Assembly: GCA_043778225.1 (NCBI GenBank) | Contig: JAYWGM010000028.1 | Coordinates: forward strand, 44,560 to 108,559 | DNA from: Deinococcales bacterium | Lineage (GTDB): Bacteria; Deinococcota; Deinococci; Deinococcales; JAAFIG01 | Length of the DNA: 64,000 nucleotides | Reading direction: 5' to 3' | Part shown: piece after piece, positions 27,252 to 37,077 of the stretch | Layout of the letters: each line of letters begins with the position of its first letter | Numbering within the stretch: position 1 is the stretch's first letter | Position numbers and translations under genes: made by a program | Notes under the pieces: model-generated | The model's input: the letters and a program-made list of their open reading frames with translations, nothing else | Told to the model about the DNA's origin: nothing | The model's database searches: none

Positions 27252-29072
27252 TTAAGGCAATGCCAAGACGGTGTACGCCACCAACCGCAAGCCGGGTGGT
27301 CCAAACGCCAAATCCAGACCAAAGCCAAAAGGTAAGAAACCAAACCAAGCCCCCGGAAAATTGATACCAACGCCAGCGCTCCATAAAAACTGGCTCGAGT
27401 TGGCATTGAGCGTTAATGCCCAACCAGCATCAAAAAAAACACGGATTTCTGGGCTGGCGCTGATGATTCCAGCCACACTGGGAAGCTCGAGCCGATAACC
27501 AAATTCAAGGTTGGCAATCACAGCTTGGCGCGAGACCGTAAAATTAGCTGGGTACGCCCTTAAAAAGCTGTGATAACCAAAGCCAAAGCCTTGTGCGCCG
27601 CCAGTAGTCAGACCCAATAAACCTCGAGCGCGAATAAAAAATGGCGCAAACCGAGTCTCGAGTCCGAGTGTGGTTTGTAAGCGCAAACTTGGAGCATAAC
27701 CAAAACGGGTCTCGAGGCTGGCGGTCAGGCTGGTGCTGCCGATTTCGAGTTTGCTTTGGGTATTCAGCCCAATTGCAAGGCTGTCGAGGCTGATTTGAAT
27801 CCTAAAAGCTGGATTTTGATAATTGCCCGGACGGTACTCGAGTCCGATTTCCCAAGGTGTCCCTTCTGGACGACGCACAGGGTCAAAGGCTGCGTATGCC
27901 CTGAGTGGTGCAAAGTCAAAACTGGCTCGAGCAAAAATACTGTCGTTGCTGTCGTTTAGGCGTTCGACATAGCCAACCCCAAAACCCAAGTTACCAAGTA
28001 CCCCACCGCTTATATCCAGCCCTAAGCCAAGGCTCGAGTAAGCACTGGGTTGGGCTGGGCGAGTATTCCAGTCAAAGGCACTCGGGGTCAGTTCGATGGC
28101 TGGGGCGATGGTCAGTGGGCGTGGCAAATTACGGGCTTGTTGTACACCGAGTTCTAAACGTTCACGCCAATTTTGGTTAATGGCGTTTTTTTCATGTGGG
28201 TCGCCTTTGGGATTTAAAGTCACACCTTTTTTTTGCAGCATCTCGAGAATCGCGGGCAATTCGGCTCGAGCCGTCACCCGACCACGCTCCATTAACTCCG
28301 AGACTTTAGAAAAATCAAAGTAGAGCGTGTCAAAAGTCTTAACCCGAATCCATGCCTCGGGTTGGGTTTGCTCGAGTGGCACGGTCAGCGCACCGACCAG
28401 AAACGAAACAGCATTGAGTAAATTATCGGGTTTTACGCCCGGCTCTGGCAGCGCCCGAATACCAATCACCACCTCCGAGCCAAGTGCTTTGGCAACACCA
28501 ACCGGAAAAGGGTCGCGCAGACCACCATCGGCATAATATGTACCATCTATTTGTGCAACCGGAAAAATAACTGGCAAACTGATGCTGGCACGAATTGCCG
28601 TGGCAGTATCGCCCTCGAGCAAGGCTTTTGGTGGGGCTGGGCGCAACTCTGTGACCATCACCGCCAGTTTTGGCGAGGTATGCTCGAGTCTGCCGTTTGC
28701 CACCAAGGCTCGGTAAACCGTTTCAAAACCAGTCGGGTCAAGAATGCCCTGAATTGGTGGGAACAAGACCCGCACCAAATCGCCTTGAACAAAACGCAAT
28801 TCGTTAAGCATAGATTCAATCGTCTTAAAACTGTAACCAGAGGCGTACAAACCGCCGACCAATGCCCCTGCCGAAGTTCCAACAATGCTGTCCACGGGTA
28901 CGCCTTCGGTAATCAGTACCTCGAGCGCTCCCAAAAATGCAAAGCCTCGAGCCACGCCACCCGCCAGCGTGACCGCCACCTGAGGGCGCGGTGCGGCTTG
29001 AGTAGTATTTTGGGCTACGGCAATAGGTGCAAACAACAGCAGCAGGACACAGCAAATTCTCGAGGTTTTCAC
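27252..29072 (-). CDS. Secreted patatin-like phospholipase with a C-terminal beta-barrel-like region
   Basis: Signal peptide; GGVARG, GTSAG, DGG motifs; alternating Gly/aromatic beta-strand C-terminal half. Confidence 0.8.
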   Translation of the reverse strand: MKTSRICCVLLLLFAPIAVAQNTTQAAPRPQVAVTLAGGVARGFAFLGALEVLITEGVPVDSIVGTSAGALVGGLYASGYSFKTIESMLNELRFVQGDLVRVLFPPIQGILDPTGFETVYRALVANGRLEHTSPKLAVMVTELRPAPPKALLEGDTATAIRASISLPVIFPVAQIDGTYYADGGLRDPFPVGVAKALGSEVVIGIRALPEPGVKPDNLLNAVSFLVGALTVPLEQTQPEAWIRVKTFDTLYFDFSKVSELMERGRVTARAELPAILEMLQKKGVTLNPKGDPHEKNAINQNWRERLELGVQQARNLPRPLTIAPAIELTPSAFDWNTRPAQPSAYSSLGLGLDISGGVLGNLGFGVGYVERLNDSNDSIFARASFDFAPLRAYAAFDPVRRPEGTPWEIGLEYRPGNYQNPAFRIQISLDSLAIGLNTQSKLEIGSTSLTASLETRFGYAPSLRLQTTLGLETRFAPFFIRARGLLGLTTGGAQGFGFGYHSFLRAYPANFTVSRQAVIANLEFGYRLELPSVAGIISASPEIRVFFDAGWALTLNANSSQFLWSAGVGINFPGAWFGFLPFGFGLDLAFGPPGLRLVAYTVLALP

Positions 29073-29123
29073 GAGCTTTATTCTAAAGACAGGGCTGGGC
29101 GGACTGTCCCACGTAGACGAACA

Positions 29124-29543
29124 TTAGGGACAAATCACATCAAAAGCAATTTGGTCTTTCCAACGGTACACATGGAAGTCTCGAGTATCTATCGTAAAAA
29201 TACGCTTACAATTTAGGCGTTCTGCAAGGGCGACGAGGGTTGCATCGGCAAAATCCATCGGTGAGTCAAGATATTTTTTCATCAGCACAGCAATTCTTTG
29301 AAAATCGCTTAAACTGGTGTGTTGCACGATAATATCGCCACGGTTGACCAATTCCAACAATTTCTCGGCTGCATACCAACCAAGTCGGTCTTGAGTCAGA
29401 TACATGGCTTCGGTCATGACTGCCACTGTGGTTGTAAAAGGCTGGTTATACTGACGCATGGTTTCTACGGCAAAACGATGGTGTTTGTCTTGCCGATTAA
29501 GTGCCGCTAAAAGCGGTCCAGTATCAATCAGAATTTCAATCAT
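29124..29543 (-). CDS. vapC: PIN domain (VapC) toxin
   Basis: LIDTG, TEAMY, MDFADATL, FTIDTRDF. Confidence 0.9.
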   Translation of the reverse strand: MIEILIDTGPLLAALNRQDKHHRFAVETMRQYNQPFTTTVAVMTEAMYLTQDRLGWYAAEKLLELVNRGDIIVQHTSLSDFQRIAVLMKKYLDSPMDFADATLVALAERLNCKRIFTIDTRDFHVYRWKDQIAFDVICP

Positions 29544-29769
29544 GCTTTTGTGTCATGAGTAACCCAAATTCTTGGCTGACTTGGCTCGATAATTCTGGCG
29601 AACCTTCGGCAATACCAAACATATCCTCAAATCGGCTTTGTGGGATTGTATTTTGTTGGCAATACAACTCGAGCGCCCGGCGATGCAATTCTGACTGGGT
29701 AATATTTTGCAACTGCGCCAGTCTCTGGATTTTGCTTTTAAGTTCAGGCTCAAGACGTACTGTGTTCAT
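29536..29769 (-). CDS. Ribbon-helix-helix antitoxin (VapB-like)
   Basis: TVRLEPEL...SELHRRALE; overlaps vapC. Confidence 0.75.
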   Translation of the reverse strand: MNTVRLEPELKSKIQRLAQLQNITQSELHRRALELYCQQNTIPQSRFEDMFGIAEGSPELSSQVSQEFGLLMTQKHD

Positions 29770-29801
29770 ACCTTCGATTGTACCACAAAGTTACTTTTGT
29801 A

Positions 29802-30419
29802 TTACCACCACTCGAGTAAATCAGTCGGAAACGCTAGTGGCGCAATTTTTTGCCCAAGTTCAAGAATAACAGGTGCATCGTAAGCCCAGCCACTCGAGAC
29901 CAAGCGCGGATTGCGGTAGACCTCGAGCGTATTGTTGTTGAGGTTGTGAATCCACACTTCGGGGATATTATGTTGGGCGTACATTGGGAGTTTATCGGCA
30001 CGGTTTGTCTCGAGTGTAGATTTTGCTATTTCAATCACCAAAAGTACATCTTCTGGTTCTGTCACGCCTCGAGAAGTCATATTGATTAACATAAAATCGG
30101 GTTCTGGTTCGCCAAATGCAGCACTTAAACGCACTGGTGTTTGCGAGGTAATCTGAGCCTTAGCGGCATAAGCCAAGACCAACCGCACCAAAATTGTTTT
30201 GATTGAATCCACGTGTGCATTCCCCATAGCTGGCATAGCGGTAATTGCTCCTTTTATCAGTTCGACTCGCGGCGGTAACAAACCTTGTTCAAAAAGTGCC
30301 TCATACTGCACGACACTAATTGGCAAAACTCGAGAACCCTCAAATCGGGCTTCTGGCTTTGACTCAGGCTTAACTTTTAGCTCGAGTTGGCTGATTGGTC
30401 GCTCTAAGGTTTGGGTCAT
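29802..30419 (-). CDS. Uma2 family endonuclease
   Basis: RVELIKG, EPEPD, LVIEIA, KLPMYA, IPEVWI. Confidence 0.88.
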   Translation of the reverse strand: MTQTLERPISQLELKVKPESKPEARFEGSRVLPISVVQYEALFEQGLLPPRVELIKGAITAMPAMGNAHVDSIKTILVRLVLAYAAKAQITSQTPVRLSAAFGEPEPDFMLINMTSRGVTEPEDVLLVIEIAKSTLETNRADKLPMYAQHNIPEVWIHNLNNNTLEVYRNPRLVSSGWAYDAPVILELGQKIAPLAFPTDLLEWW

Positions 30420-30486
30420 GTCAAAAGTTTACTCCAAAAGCGTTAAAATAAAGCGTTGCTCGAGTTTTCGAGCCAAGGAGATAATC

Positions 30487-31890
30487 ATGCGTTACGACGT
30501 GTTTGTAATTGGGGCTGGACCTGGTGGCTATCATGCGGCAATTCGAGCCGCACAACTGGGGCTTAAAGTGGCAATAGCCGAACGCGAATTTTGGGGCGGG
30601 GTCTGCTTAAACATCGGTTGTATTCCAACCAAGGCGCTGCTGCACGTTGGGCAAGAAGTTTATAACGCTCAACACGGCAAAGAATTTGGCTTAAATATCC
30701 TCGAGATGAATCTAGACTTAAAAGCCGTCAACAAATACCGCGAAGGCATTGTCAAAAAACTTTCGGGTGGCGTTTCTGGCTTACTCAAAGGCAATGGCGT
30801 GACCATGCTCGAGGGCGAGGCTAAAATTGTTGGTCGTAACAAAGCTGTGGTAACTGGAAAAAAAGGCACAGAAGAAATCGAATTCGATAAACTGATTATC
30901 GCTACAGGCGGCGCACCAAATCACCTCAAAACTTTTCCAGTAGACGGCACAGACATCACCGACAGCACCAGTGCGCTGCAAATTCCTGAGACGATTCCAC
31001 CAAGGGTCTTGTGTATTGGCGGCGGCGTGATTGGTCTCGAGTTCGCCACCATCTATAACCGTCTTGGCAGTAAAGTCGTGGTGGTCGAGCCATTTAAGGT
31101 ACTGGGGATGGTGGACGATGAAATTGCCAAAGTTGCCCAGAAAGCCTATAAAAAACAAGGCATCCAGATTTTTAGTCAGACTGGGGTGGTCAGTTTTGAG
31201 AAAAAACCCGATGGCTTACACGTCGTCATCGAAAACCTCGAGACCAAAGAAAAACGCACCGAGATTTTTGATCGAATCATCAGTGCAGTTGGTCGTCATG
31301 CGGTTGGGCAGGGCATTGGTTTAGAAGAAATCGGTGTTAAATTTGACCCCAAAGGCACAATAGATATTAATCCGCAAACCCTCGAGACCAGTGTGCCAAA
31401 TGTCTATGCGATTGGCGATGTGGTGCAAGGTGTTTGGCTGGCACACAAAGCCATGAAGGATGGCATTGTAGCAGCCGAGCGCTGCGCTGGTAAAACCAGC
31501 CTCAACGATGCGGTAGCCGTGCCAGGCGTGATTTACACCAGTCCAGAAGTGGCATGGGTCGGACCAAGCGAGGAAGAACTCCGCGCCAAAGGCTATAATT
31601 TAAGAATTGGCACATTTCCGTTGGCAGCCCTTGGGCGGGCATTGACCCTAGGCTCGACCGAAGGCATGGTCAAAATGATTGCTGACCAAGAAACCGATGT
31701 GGTCTTGGCGGTTCATGCGGTTGGACCAAATGCCTCGGACATCATTGGCGAAGCCTGCCTGGCGCTCGAGATGGGCGCAGTGGTAGACGACATTGCATTA
31801 ACAATTCACCCACACCCGACCCTTTCAGAACTGATGCTCGAGGTTGCCGAAGCCACCCATAAGCGCAGTATTCATGTGTTGAATAAGTAA
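30487..31890 (+). CDS. lpdA: Dihydrolipoyl dehydrogenase
   Basis: GAGPGGY, GGVCLNIGCIPTK, GGGVIGLE, HPHPTLSE; AGGAG RBS before 30487. Confidence 0.95.
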   Translation: MRYDVFVIGAGPGGYHAAIRAAQLGLKVAIAEREFWGGVCLNIGCIPTKALLHVGQEVYNAQHGKEFGLNILEMNLDLKAVNKYREGIVKKLSGGVSGLLKGNGVTMLEGEAKIVGRNKAVVTGKKGTEEIEFDKLIIATGGAPNHLKTFPVDGTDITDSTSALQIPETIPPRVLCIGGGVIGLEFATIYNRLGSKVVVVEPFKVLGMVDDEIAKVAQKAYKKQGIQIFSQTGVVSFEKKPDGLHVVIENLETKEKRTEIFDRIISAVGRHAVGQGIGLEEIGVKFDPKGTIDINPQTLETSVPNVYAIGDVVQGVWLAHKAMKDGIVAAERCAGKTSLNDAVAVPGVIYTSPEVAWVGPSEEELRAKGYNLRIGTFPLAALGRALTLGSTEGMVKMIADQETDVVLAVHAVGPNASDIIGEACLALEMGAVVDDIALTIHPHPTLSELMLEVAEATHKRSIHVLNK

Positions 31891-31892
31891 TT

Positions 31893-32141
31893 ATGGATTT
31901 TTTTGCTTTCCAGATGTTCGCTTCGCTTGCACCTTTTTTAGGGATTGTGCCATGGGTCGTGAATTTGATTGTTCACCTCACCTGTGCAGTTGTTATTTCC
32001 GACGATGCAACGAATCTCGAGCGCAGTAATGGTCAGACTAAATTGTTAGGGCGAATTCAATGGAGCTTGATTGGATTATGCACTGGTTTACTCGGCTTGA
32101 TTGCATATTGGGTTGTTAATCGGCTCGAATCAAAACCTTAA
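31893..32141 (+). CDS. Small membrane protein, function unknown
   Basis: 82-aa ORF with two hydrophobic segments, starting 2 nt after lpdA and followed by a terminator. Confidence 0.6.
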   Translation: MDFFAFQMFASLAPFLGIVPWVVNLIVHLTCAVVISDDATNLERSNGQTKLLGRIQWSLIGLCTGLLGLIAYWVVNRLESKP

Positions 32142-32144
32142 ATC

Positions 32145-32170
32145 AAAAACCCGCCAATTGGCGGGTTTTT
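32145..32170. terminator. Bidirectional intrinsic terminator
   Basis: AAAAACCCGCCAATTGGCGGGTTTTT between convergent genes. Confidence 0.9.
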
Positions 32171-32184
32171 TGTGTACTCGAGAA

Positions 32185-32955
32185 TTAACGCAAAATGCCA
32201 GTCAAGGTGATATAAAAACCACCGTTGTAACCCGTGGTCAAACGAGCTGCAAAAGCATTTGAGAGGTTGTAGCGTAAACCAGCATAAACACCGAGAAAAT
32301 CATCCCCATAAAGTCCATTGGAATCAAGGTAGAAGCCAGTAAAATCAGTGTTAAACGCTAAACCACCAAAGACTCGTAAAGGGCTGCTGATGTCATAGTT
32401 AGCATGAATGTAACCGTAGATACCGTCAAAGCGGAAACTCGGAATGATTTGGAAATCTGCCTCGAGACCAAAGTCCACACCCAAAGCGCCCATGCCATAA
32501 GAAGCATCAACAGCAAACCATGGTTGAAACTTAAAAGTTGGAATGATCGGAACATTAAGATACAATGTTCCAGCCACAAAAAATGTATTCGTTTCGACTA
32601 AAGTGAGACTGGCATATGGGCGCAAAGTTGCCTTAAAGGTGTTCAGTGTACCAATGCTTACAAGTTCAAGAATTAAAGTGCCGCCAATAGCGAGTTTGTC
32701 GTTGATGTTGGAATTAACCTGAGCGAAGACAAGTGCGCTAGATTCAAACGTAAAATTAAAATTGTAACGCAGCCCGAAAGTTGCCGCAGTGGAGTTATTC
32801 AAATCCAAGCCATAATTCAAGCCCACACGAGCGCCGAAGGCTGGTCCAGGCAAAAAAGTATCCAAAGAAAGAAAGCCACTCAGTTGAGCCGAAGCTGGAC
32901 TCGAGATGGCAACGGTGGCGGCTAATACGGTTAATGCTTTTAGAAATTTATTCAC
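32185..32955 (-). CDS. Putative outer-membrane beta-barrel protein
   Basis: GTG start after GGAGG; signal peptide ending PASA; amphipathic aromatic-rich beta strands. Confidence 0.7.
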   Translation of the reverse strand: MNKFLKALTVLAATVAISSPASAQLSGFLSLDTFLPGPAFGARVGLNYGLDLNNSTAATFGLRYNFNFTFESSALVFAQVNSNINDKLAIGGTLILELVSIGTLNTFKATLRPYASLTLVETNTFFVAGTLYLNVPIIPTFKFQPWFAVDASYGMGALGVDFGLEADFQIIPSFRFDGIYGYIHANYDISSPLRVFGGLAFNTDFTGFYLDSNGLYGDDFLGVYAGLRYNLSNAFAARLTTGYNGGFYITLTGILR

Positions 32956-33148
32956 TGGGTAAATCCTCCGTGGCGTATGTAAACACATTTTGTTTTCATC
33001 TGGCTACCATCAAATTTAGTCACTCAAGTGGGGAATTTGGATTGTGTCAGGGTATTATCATGTGAGCCACAAGATAATTGTCAGCCAAAACTTATTTTTA
33101 GACTTTGGTCTATACTCGTTGTGTTGGGCTTGTGACAAAGCAGCACAT

Positions 33149-34870
33149 TCAAAAAGATGGCTCGAGTAGCCTAAACTGTTCAACATCAAATAAACCCTGC
33201 TCGGTGATTTTCAGGCTTGGAATGACCGTTAATGCTAAAAACGCTAGGGTGATAATTGGATGCGGCAGGGTGCAACCCAATTCGTGAGCGGCTGACTCGA
33301 GTTTGCGTTGGGCAGCAACCACCTCTAAAGCTGGGGCATCGGACATCAGACCCGCCACAGGTAACTCGAGAACCGCCAGAACCACACCATCTGCTACCAA
33401 AACCACGCCGCCTTGGATTTTCTCGAGTTGCAAAATCGCAAGTTCCATGTCCGAGTCTAAAACCCCTGCACAAATAATATTGTGGGCATCATGGCTGATG
33501 GTTTGGGCAATCGCGCCGCGCTTTAGCCCAATACCTTTGGCAAAACCAACCCCCGTTTTGCCCAGCCCAGAGTGCCGCTCGACTACTGCCAGTTTTACAA
33601 GGTCTTGACTTGGGTCGGCTGCTCCTAGCTCGAGACTTGGCAGATGCTCGGTGCGGATTTGAGTCGGATGAACCCCAATAATTGGCTGAGTCCTAAGGCG
33701 GCTCTCGAGGGCAATCTGAACTGGTAAATGCACACTTTTCAGGGCGGCATCTGGAAAAACATAGGCTTGGGGCGATTCAAGCAGCGCTCCATCTCGAGCC
33801 ACGATTTTGCCGAAGCGCCAGACAACTTGGGCGTTGGCAGCTTCTAAACTGTCGAACAGCACCAAATCGGCAATTTGTGAGGCAGCAACTGCGCCACGAT
33901 TGGGAATGCGCCAATACTCGGATGGGGCGAGGGTCAGCATTCGTACTGCTAACGGGGCTGGAATACCGCAAGCGATAGCAGTTCGCAGTAAGCGATCGCA
34001 GTGTCCATACTCAAGCAATTCGGCAGCATCGGCATCATCGGTAATTAGCATGGCTCGGGTTGGTTTGAGGCGAGTAATCAGTGGCGCAAGCGTCTCGAGG
34101 TTTCGCGCAGCACTGCCATCGCGCACCATCAACCATGCGCCAGAGCGCAGGCGTTCAAAGGCTTCGGCTTGGGTCACGGCTTCATGGTCGGACTCGAGTC
34201 CAGCCGCAACATAGGCTTGCCATGCGTCCCCAACCAGACCGGGTGCATGACCATCTTGGCGCTTTCCTTGGGCGGCTGCTAAAATTTCCCAGACCTTTGG
34301 CTCGAGCTTTAAGACCCCCGGATAATTCATCATCTCGCCCAACCCAAGTACACCCTGTAACTCGAGCGCAATTTTAATTTCGGCTGCGCCAAGGTTTGCC
34401 CCAGATGCCTCAAAAGCACTGGCTGGCACACACGATGGCACACTTGCCCAAACCGAAAGTGGCGTGGCTGCTCCCGCCTCGAGCATGGCTTTGATTCCAG
34501 CCAAACCAATCACATTGGTAATTTCGTGGGGTTCACAGACCACGCCAACTGTGCCGCGAGGCACAACTGTTTGGGCAAAACGGCGCGGGGTAAGCAACGA
34601 ACTTTCGATGTGAATATGGGCATCTATCAGTCCGGGCGTGAGGTACATCCCTTGGGCATCGAAGGTCTCGAGGGCGGGCAGGGCTGCACCAACCGAGGCA
34701 ATAAAACCATCAGTAATATTGACCGCTCCTAAAAAAATCGTCAGGGTATGAACATCCACAATTCGGGCATTAAAAATACATAAATCACTTGGCTCGAGAC
34801 CCTGAGCCACCCGCACCAGCCTTTGACGAGTAGCGAGACTTGGAATCGTATCCGAAGGTAGTAGTGGCAT
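33149..34870 (-). CDS. ade: Adenine deaminase
   Basis: PGLIDAHIHIESS, EPHEITNV, LGEMMNYPG, DGHAP, SDHE, ISHDAHN. Confidence 0.92.
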   Translation of the reverse strand: MPLLPSDTIPSLATRQRLVRVAQGLEPSDLCIFNARIVDVHTLTIFLGAVNITDGFIASVGAALPALETFDAQGMYLTPGLIDAHIHIESSLLTPRRFAQTVVPRGTVGVVCEPHEITNVIGLAGIKAMLEAGAATPLSVWASVPSCVPASAFEASGANLGAAEIKIALELQGVLGLGEMMNYPGVLKLEPKVWEILAAAQGKRQDGHAPGLVGDAWQAYVAAGLESDHEAVTQAEAFERLRSGAWLMVRDGSAARNLETLAPLITRLKPTRAMLITDDADAAELLEYGHCDRLLRTAIACGIPAPLAVRMLTLAPSEYWRIPNRGAVAASQIADLVLFDSLEAANAQVVWRFGKIVARDGALLESPQAYVFPDAALKSVHLPVQIALESRLRTQPIIGVHPTQIRTEHLPSLELGAADPSQDLVKLAVVERHSGLGKTGVGFAKGIGLKRGAIAQTISHDAHNIICAGVLDSDMELAILQLEKIQGGVVLVADGVVLAVLELPVAGLMSDAPALEVVAAQRKLESAAHELGCTLPHPIITLAFLALTVIPSLKITEQGLFDVEQFRLLEPSF

Positions 34871-34878
34871 GGTCTATG

Positions 34879-35015
34879 ATACCAAATTGTGTTAATCAGT
34901 CGCGTATTTTGACTGATTAACCGACTAAAAGGAGTAACAACGAAACCGAATTAACGCCTGAACGGCAGTTTGACCGTTTTTTGGTCAAACTAGAGTGATT
35001 AAGTTAATTCGGTAT
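34879..35015. mobile_element. 137-nt MITE-like repeat with terminal inverted repeats
   Basis: Ends ATACCAAATT / AATTCGGTAT; internal hairpins; core CCGACTAAAAGGAGTA shared with the copy starting at 63903. Confidence 0.7.
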
Positions 35016-35024
35016 GATACCCCA

Positions 35025-35603
35025 ATGATTTTATTAACTGGCTTTGAAGCTTTTGGCAGTGATGCCCACAATCCAAGTGCAGCCGTGGCAGAGGCACTAG
35101 ACTCCAAAAACGTAGCAGTGCGAATTTTACCTGTGGATGGCGCAAAAATACAAGCAGCGCTTGAGGCGGCTGTTGCCCAAACCCAACCCAAAGCACTTGT
35201 CATGCTTGGACTCGCCAGAGGAAAAACCTGTTTGACGCTCGAGAAAGTTGCCTTAAATTGGCTCGAGTACCGAATTCCAGACAATGCTGGAATCACCAAA
35301 AGTAACCAGAAAATACTCGAAGAAGCCCCAGATGCCCACTTCTCGAGCCTGCCACTCGATGCGATTACAACTGCACTTAAAGCTCAAAAAATTCCGCATG
35401 AACTCTCGTACTCGGCAGGAGCATTCTTGTGTAACCAAGTATTTTTCTTGGCTCGAGCCTTGTACCCGAGTTTAATGGCTGGTTTTCTGCACTTACCGAG
35501 TGATGAAACACTAGCGCAAAGCAAATCCGAACCATTTTTGCCACTCGAGTACCAGATAAAAGCAGTGCGTTTGGTTCTTGAGACGATGCAAAAAATACTT
35601 TAG
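35025..35603 (+). CDS. pcp: Pyroglutamyl-peptidase I (C15)
   Basis: ILLTGFEAFG...NPS, LEKVALN, SAGAFLCN, GFLHLP. Confidence 0.92.
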   Translation: MILLTGFEAFGSDAHNPSAAVAEALDSKNVAVRILPVDGAKIQAALEAAVAQTQPKALVMLGLARGKTCLTLEKVALNWLEYRIPDNAGITKSNQKILEEAPDAHFSSLPLDAITTALKAQKIPHELSYSAGAFLCNQVFFLARALYPSLMAGFLHLPSDETLAQSKSEPFLPLEYQIKAVRLVLETMQKIL

Positions 35604-35755
35604 GCTGGCTTTTCTTTAGCTGGCATTTAACTGGCTTTACTTTTCTTTACGAAGTGCTTAATTTCTCATGTCATACGCCAAAATCGTGCTAATGTTCTCC
35701 TTGGAGCATCCCAAGACCACCAAGCGTGGATTCCGCCGTGAAAATGGGTATCACC

Positions 35756-36340
35756 ATGAAAAAACTAATCATCGTTGTTATCGGGTTCTTGACTTCCCTC
35801 GCTTTGGCTGCATCATTTGCGGTCAGTGGAACAGTCAAAAGTAATTCGGCAATTCAAAACTTACGGATTGGCGCGTTTTTGGTAGACCGAAACGGCAATC
35901 CTACCCGTGAAATGGTTTCGGTTGTCCCCAACAGCGCTAATTTTGCGCTTTCGATTCCAGATACCGCACCACCCGCCAACAGCATCAATCCACTCTCGAG
36001 CGATTCCTTAGATTGGCCCGGTTTACTTGGTGAAGTCAAAATTACTGGGACTGCCCGTGCGGCTCGAGCCATGCTGCGTGGTTTTCAAGATACTGATAAA
36101 AACGGCTCGTTTAACGCTGGCGATAAATTACTCGAGACCACCCTGACCCGTGGACGTGGCAATATGGTGCTGATTTACGCCGAAAACCGTTTTCGGGTGC
36201 AAGGCGACCGCGGTTTTGACCTGACCCTCGAAACTGGCTGGAATTTGGTAGCCATCGAACTTGGTAAAACCATCGAGACCAAACGCCTTGACCGCATGGA
36301 AAATCTGCAACTCGAGGTTTTTGCATCGCAAGGCTATTAA
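35756..36340 (+). CDS. Secreted hypothetical protein
   Basis: Signal peptide MKKLII...ALA; DTDKNGSFNAGD and LETGWN motifs. Confidence 0.7.
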   Translation: MKKLIIVVIGFLTSLALAASFAVSGTVKSNSAIQNLRIGAFLVDRNGNPTREMVSVVPNSANFALSIPDTAPPANSINPLSSDSLDWPGLLGEVKITGTARAARAMLRGFQDTDKNGSFNAGDKLLETTLTRGRGNMVLIYAENRFRVQGDRGFDLTLETGWNLVAIELGKTIETKRLDRMENLQLEVFASQGY

Positions 36341-36379
36341 AAATGTATCTCATCTGAGTAAAGTCAATAATCTTTTGGT

Positions 36380-37066
36380 ATGAATCGTTTTGTTCCAGCC
36401 GTTGTGATTGTCCTTGCGTTGGTGGTTGCGTTTTTCTTGAGTCGCCCAAAAGCCTCAAACGAACCCCAAGCACTCAGCACCACTGTAAAAGCCCGCGTTC
36501 TCGAGGGAACTGCTAACTCCCCCCAAGCGGTTGAAAACCTGCGGGTGGTGTTAGTCGCAGATGGGCTGGCACTTGCCGATAGTGCGGTCACGGCTGGGCG
36601 TTATCGGCTCGAGCTACCCAGTCAGATTATTTCGACGCTTGAGTCCCTAAAGGATGTCCAACTGGTGCATGGCGATGGACGCTTGCCAGAAAATGTCTTG
36701 GGGACAGACACCAAAATTTTAATGTACGACGACCAAAATAAAAGTGGGGCGCTCGACAGTGGCGAACCACAACTCGAGGCAGCCCTTTTTCCACCCAAAA
36801 CCGACCCAAATTTACGCACCTTTTTTAAGTATAAAGTCTTGTTGTTGGGGTCTGCCAGTCGCTTTATCGAGACCCAAGACACCGCCACAGGTACAAAAGG
36901 GTATTATCGCTATAACCTGCCATTGCAAAGTGGTTGGAACATTCTCGAAGGCGAACTTGCCAGCAATGGTTACGATGTTCGTTTGCGCCCAGAGAATTCG
37001 TGGGATATTTTTGCGGCGCTGCCCGCCGGCGGGAAAGCCACACCACCCGCCTTTACCCCACAATAA
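36380..37066 (+). CDS. Membrane-anchored hypothetical protein, distant paralog of the preceding gene
   Basis: N-terminal TM segment; DDQNKSGALDSGE and LQSGWN motifs. Confidence 0.7.
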   Translation: MNRFVPAVVIVLALVVAFFLSRPKASNEPQALSTTVKARVLEGTANSPQAVENLRVVLVADGLALADSAVTAGRYRLELPSQIISTLESLKDVQLVHGDGRLPENVLGTDTKILMYDDQNKSGALDSGEPQLEAALFPPKTDPNLRTFFKYKVLLLGSASRFIETQDTATGTKGYYRYNLPLQSGWNILEGELASNGYDVRLRPENSWDIFAALPAGGKATPPAFTPQ

Positions 37067-37077
37067 ATAAGGAGCAT

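Noticed and set aside
28736..28746. GGGTCAAGAA as another mini-element copy
   Set aside because: It lies inside the patatin CDS with no upstream GCGAC/GCCC/GGTGC parts, so it is a chance match.
30199..30486. Long N-terminal extension of LpdA
   Set aside because: It overlaps the Uma2 gene on the opposite strand; the RBS and homology begin at 30487.
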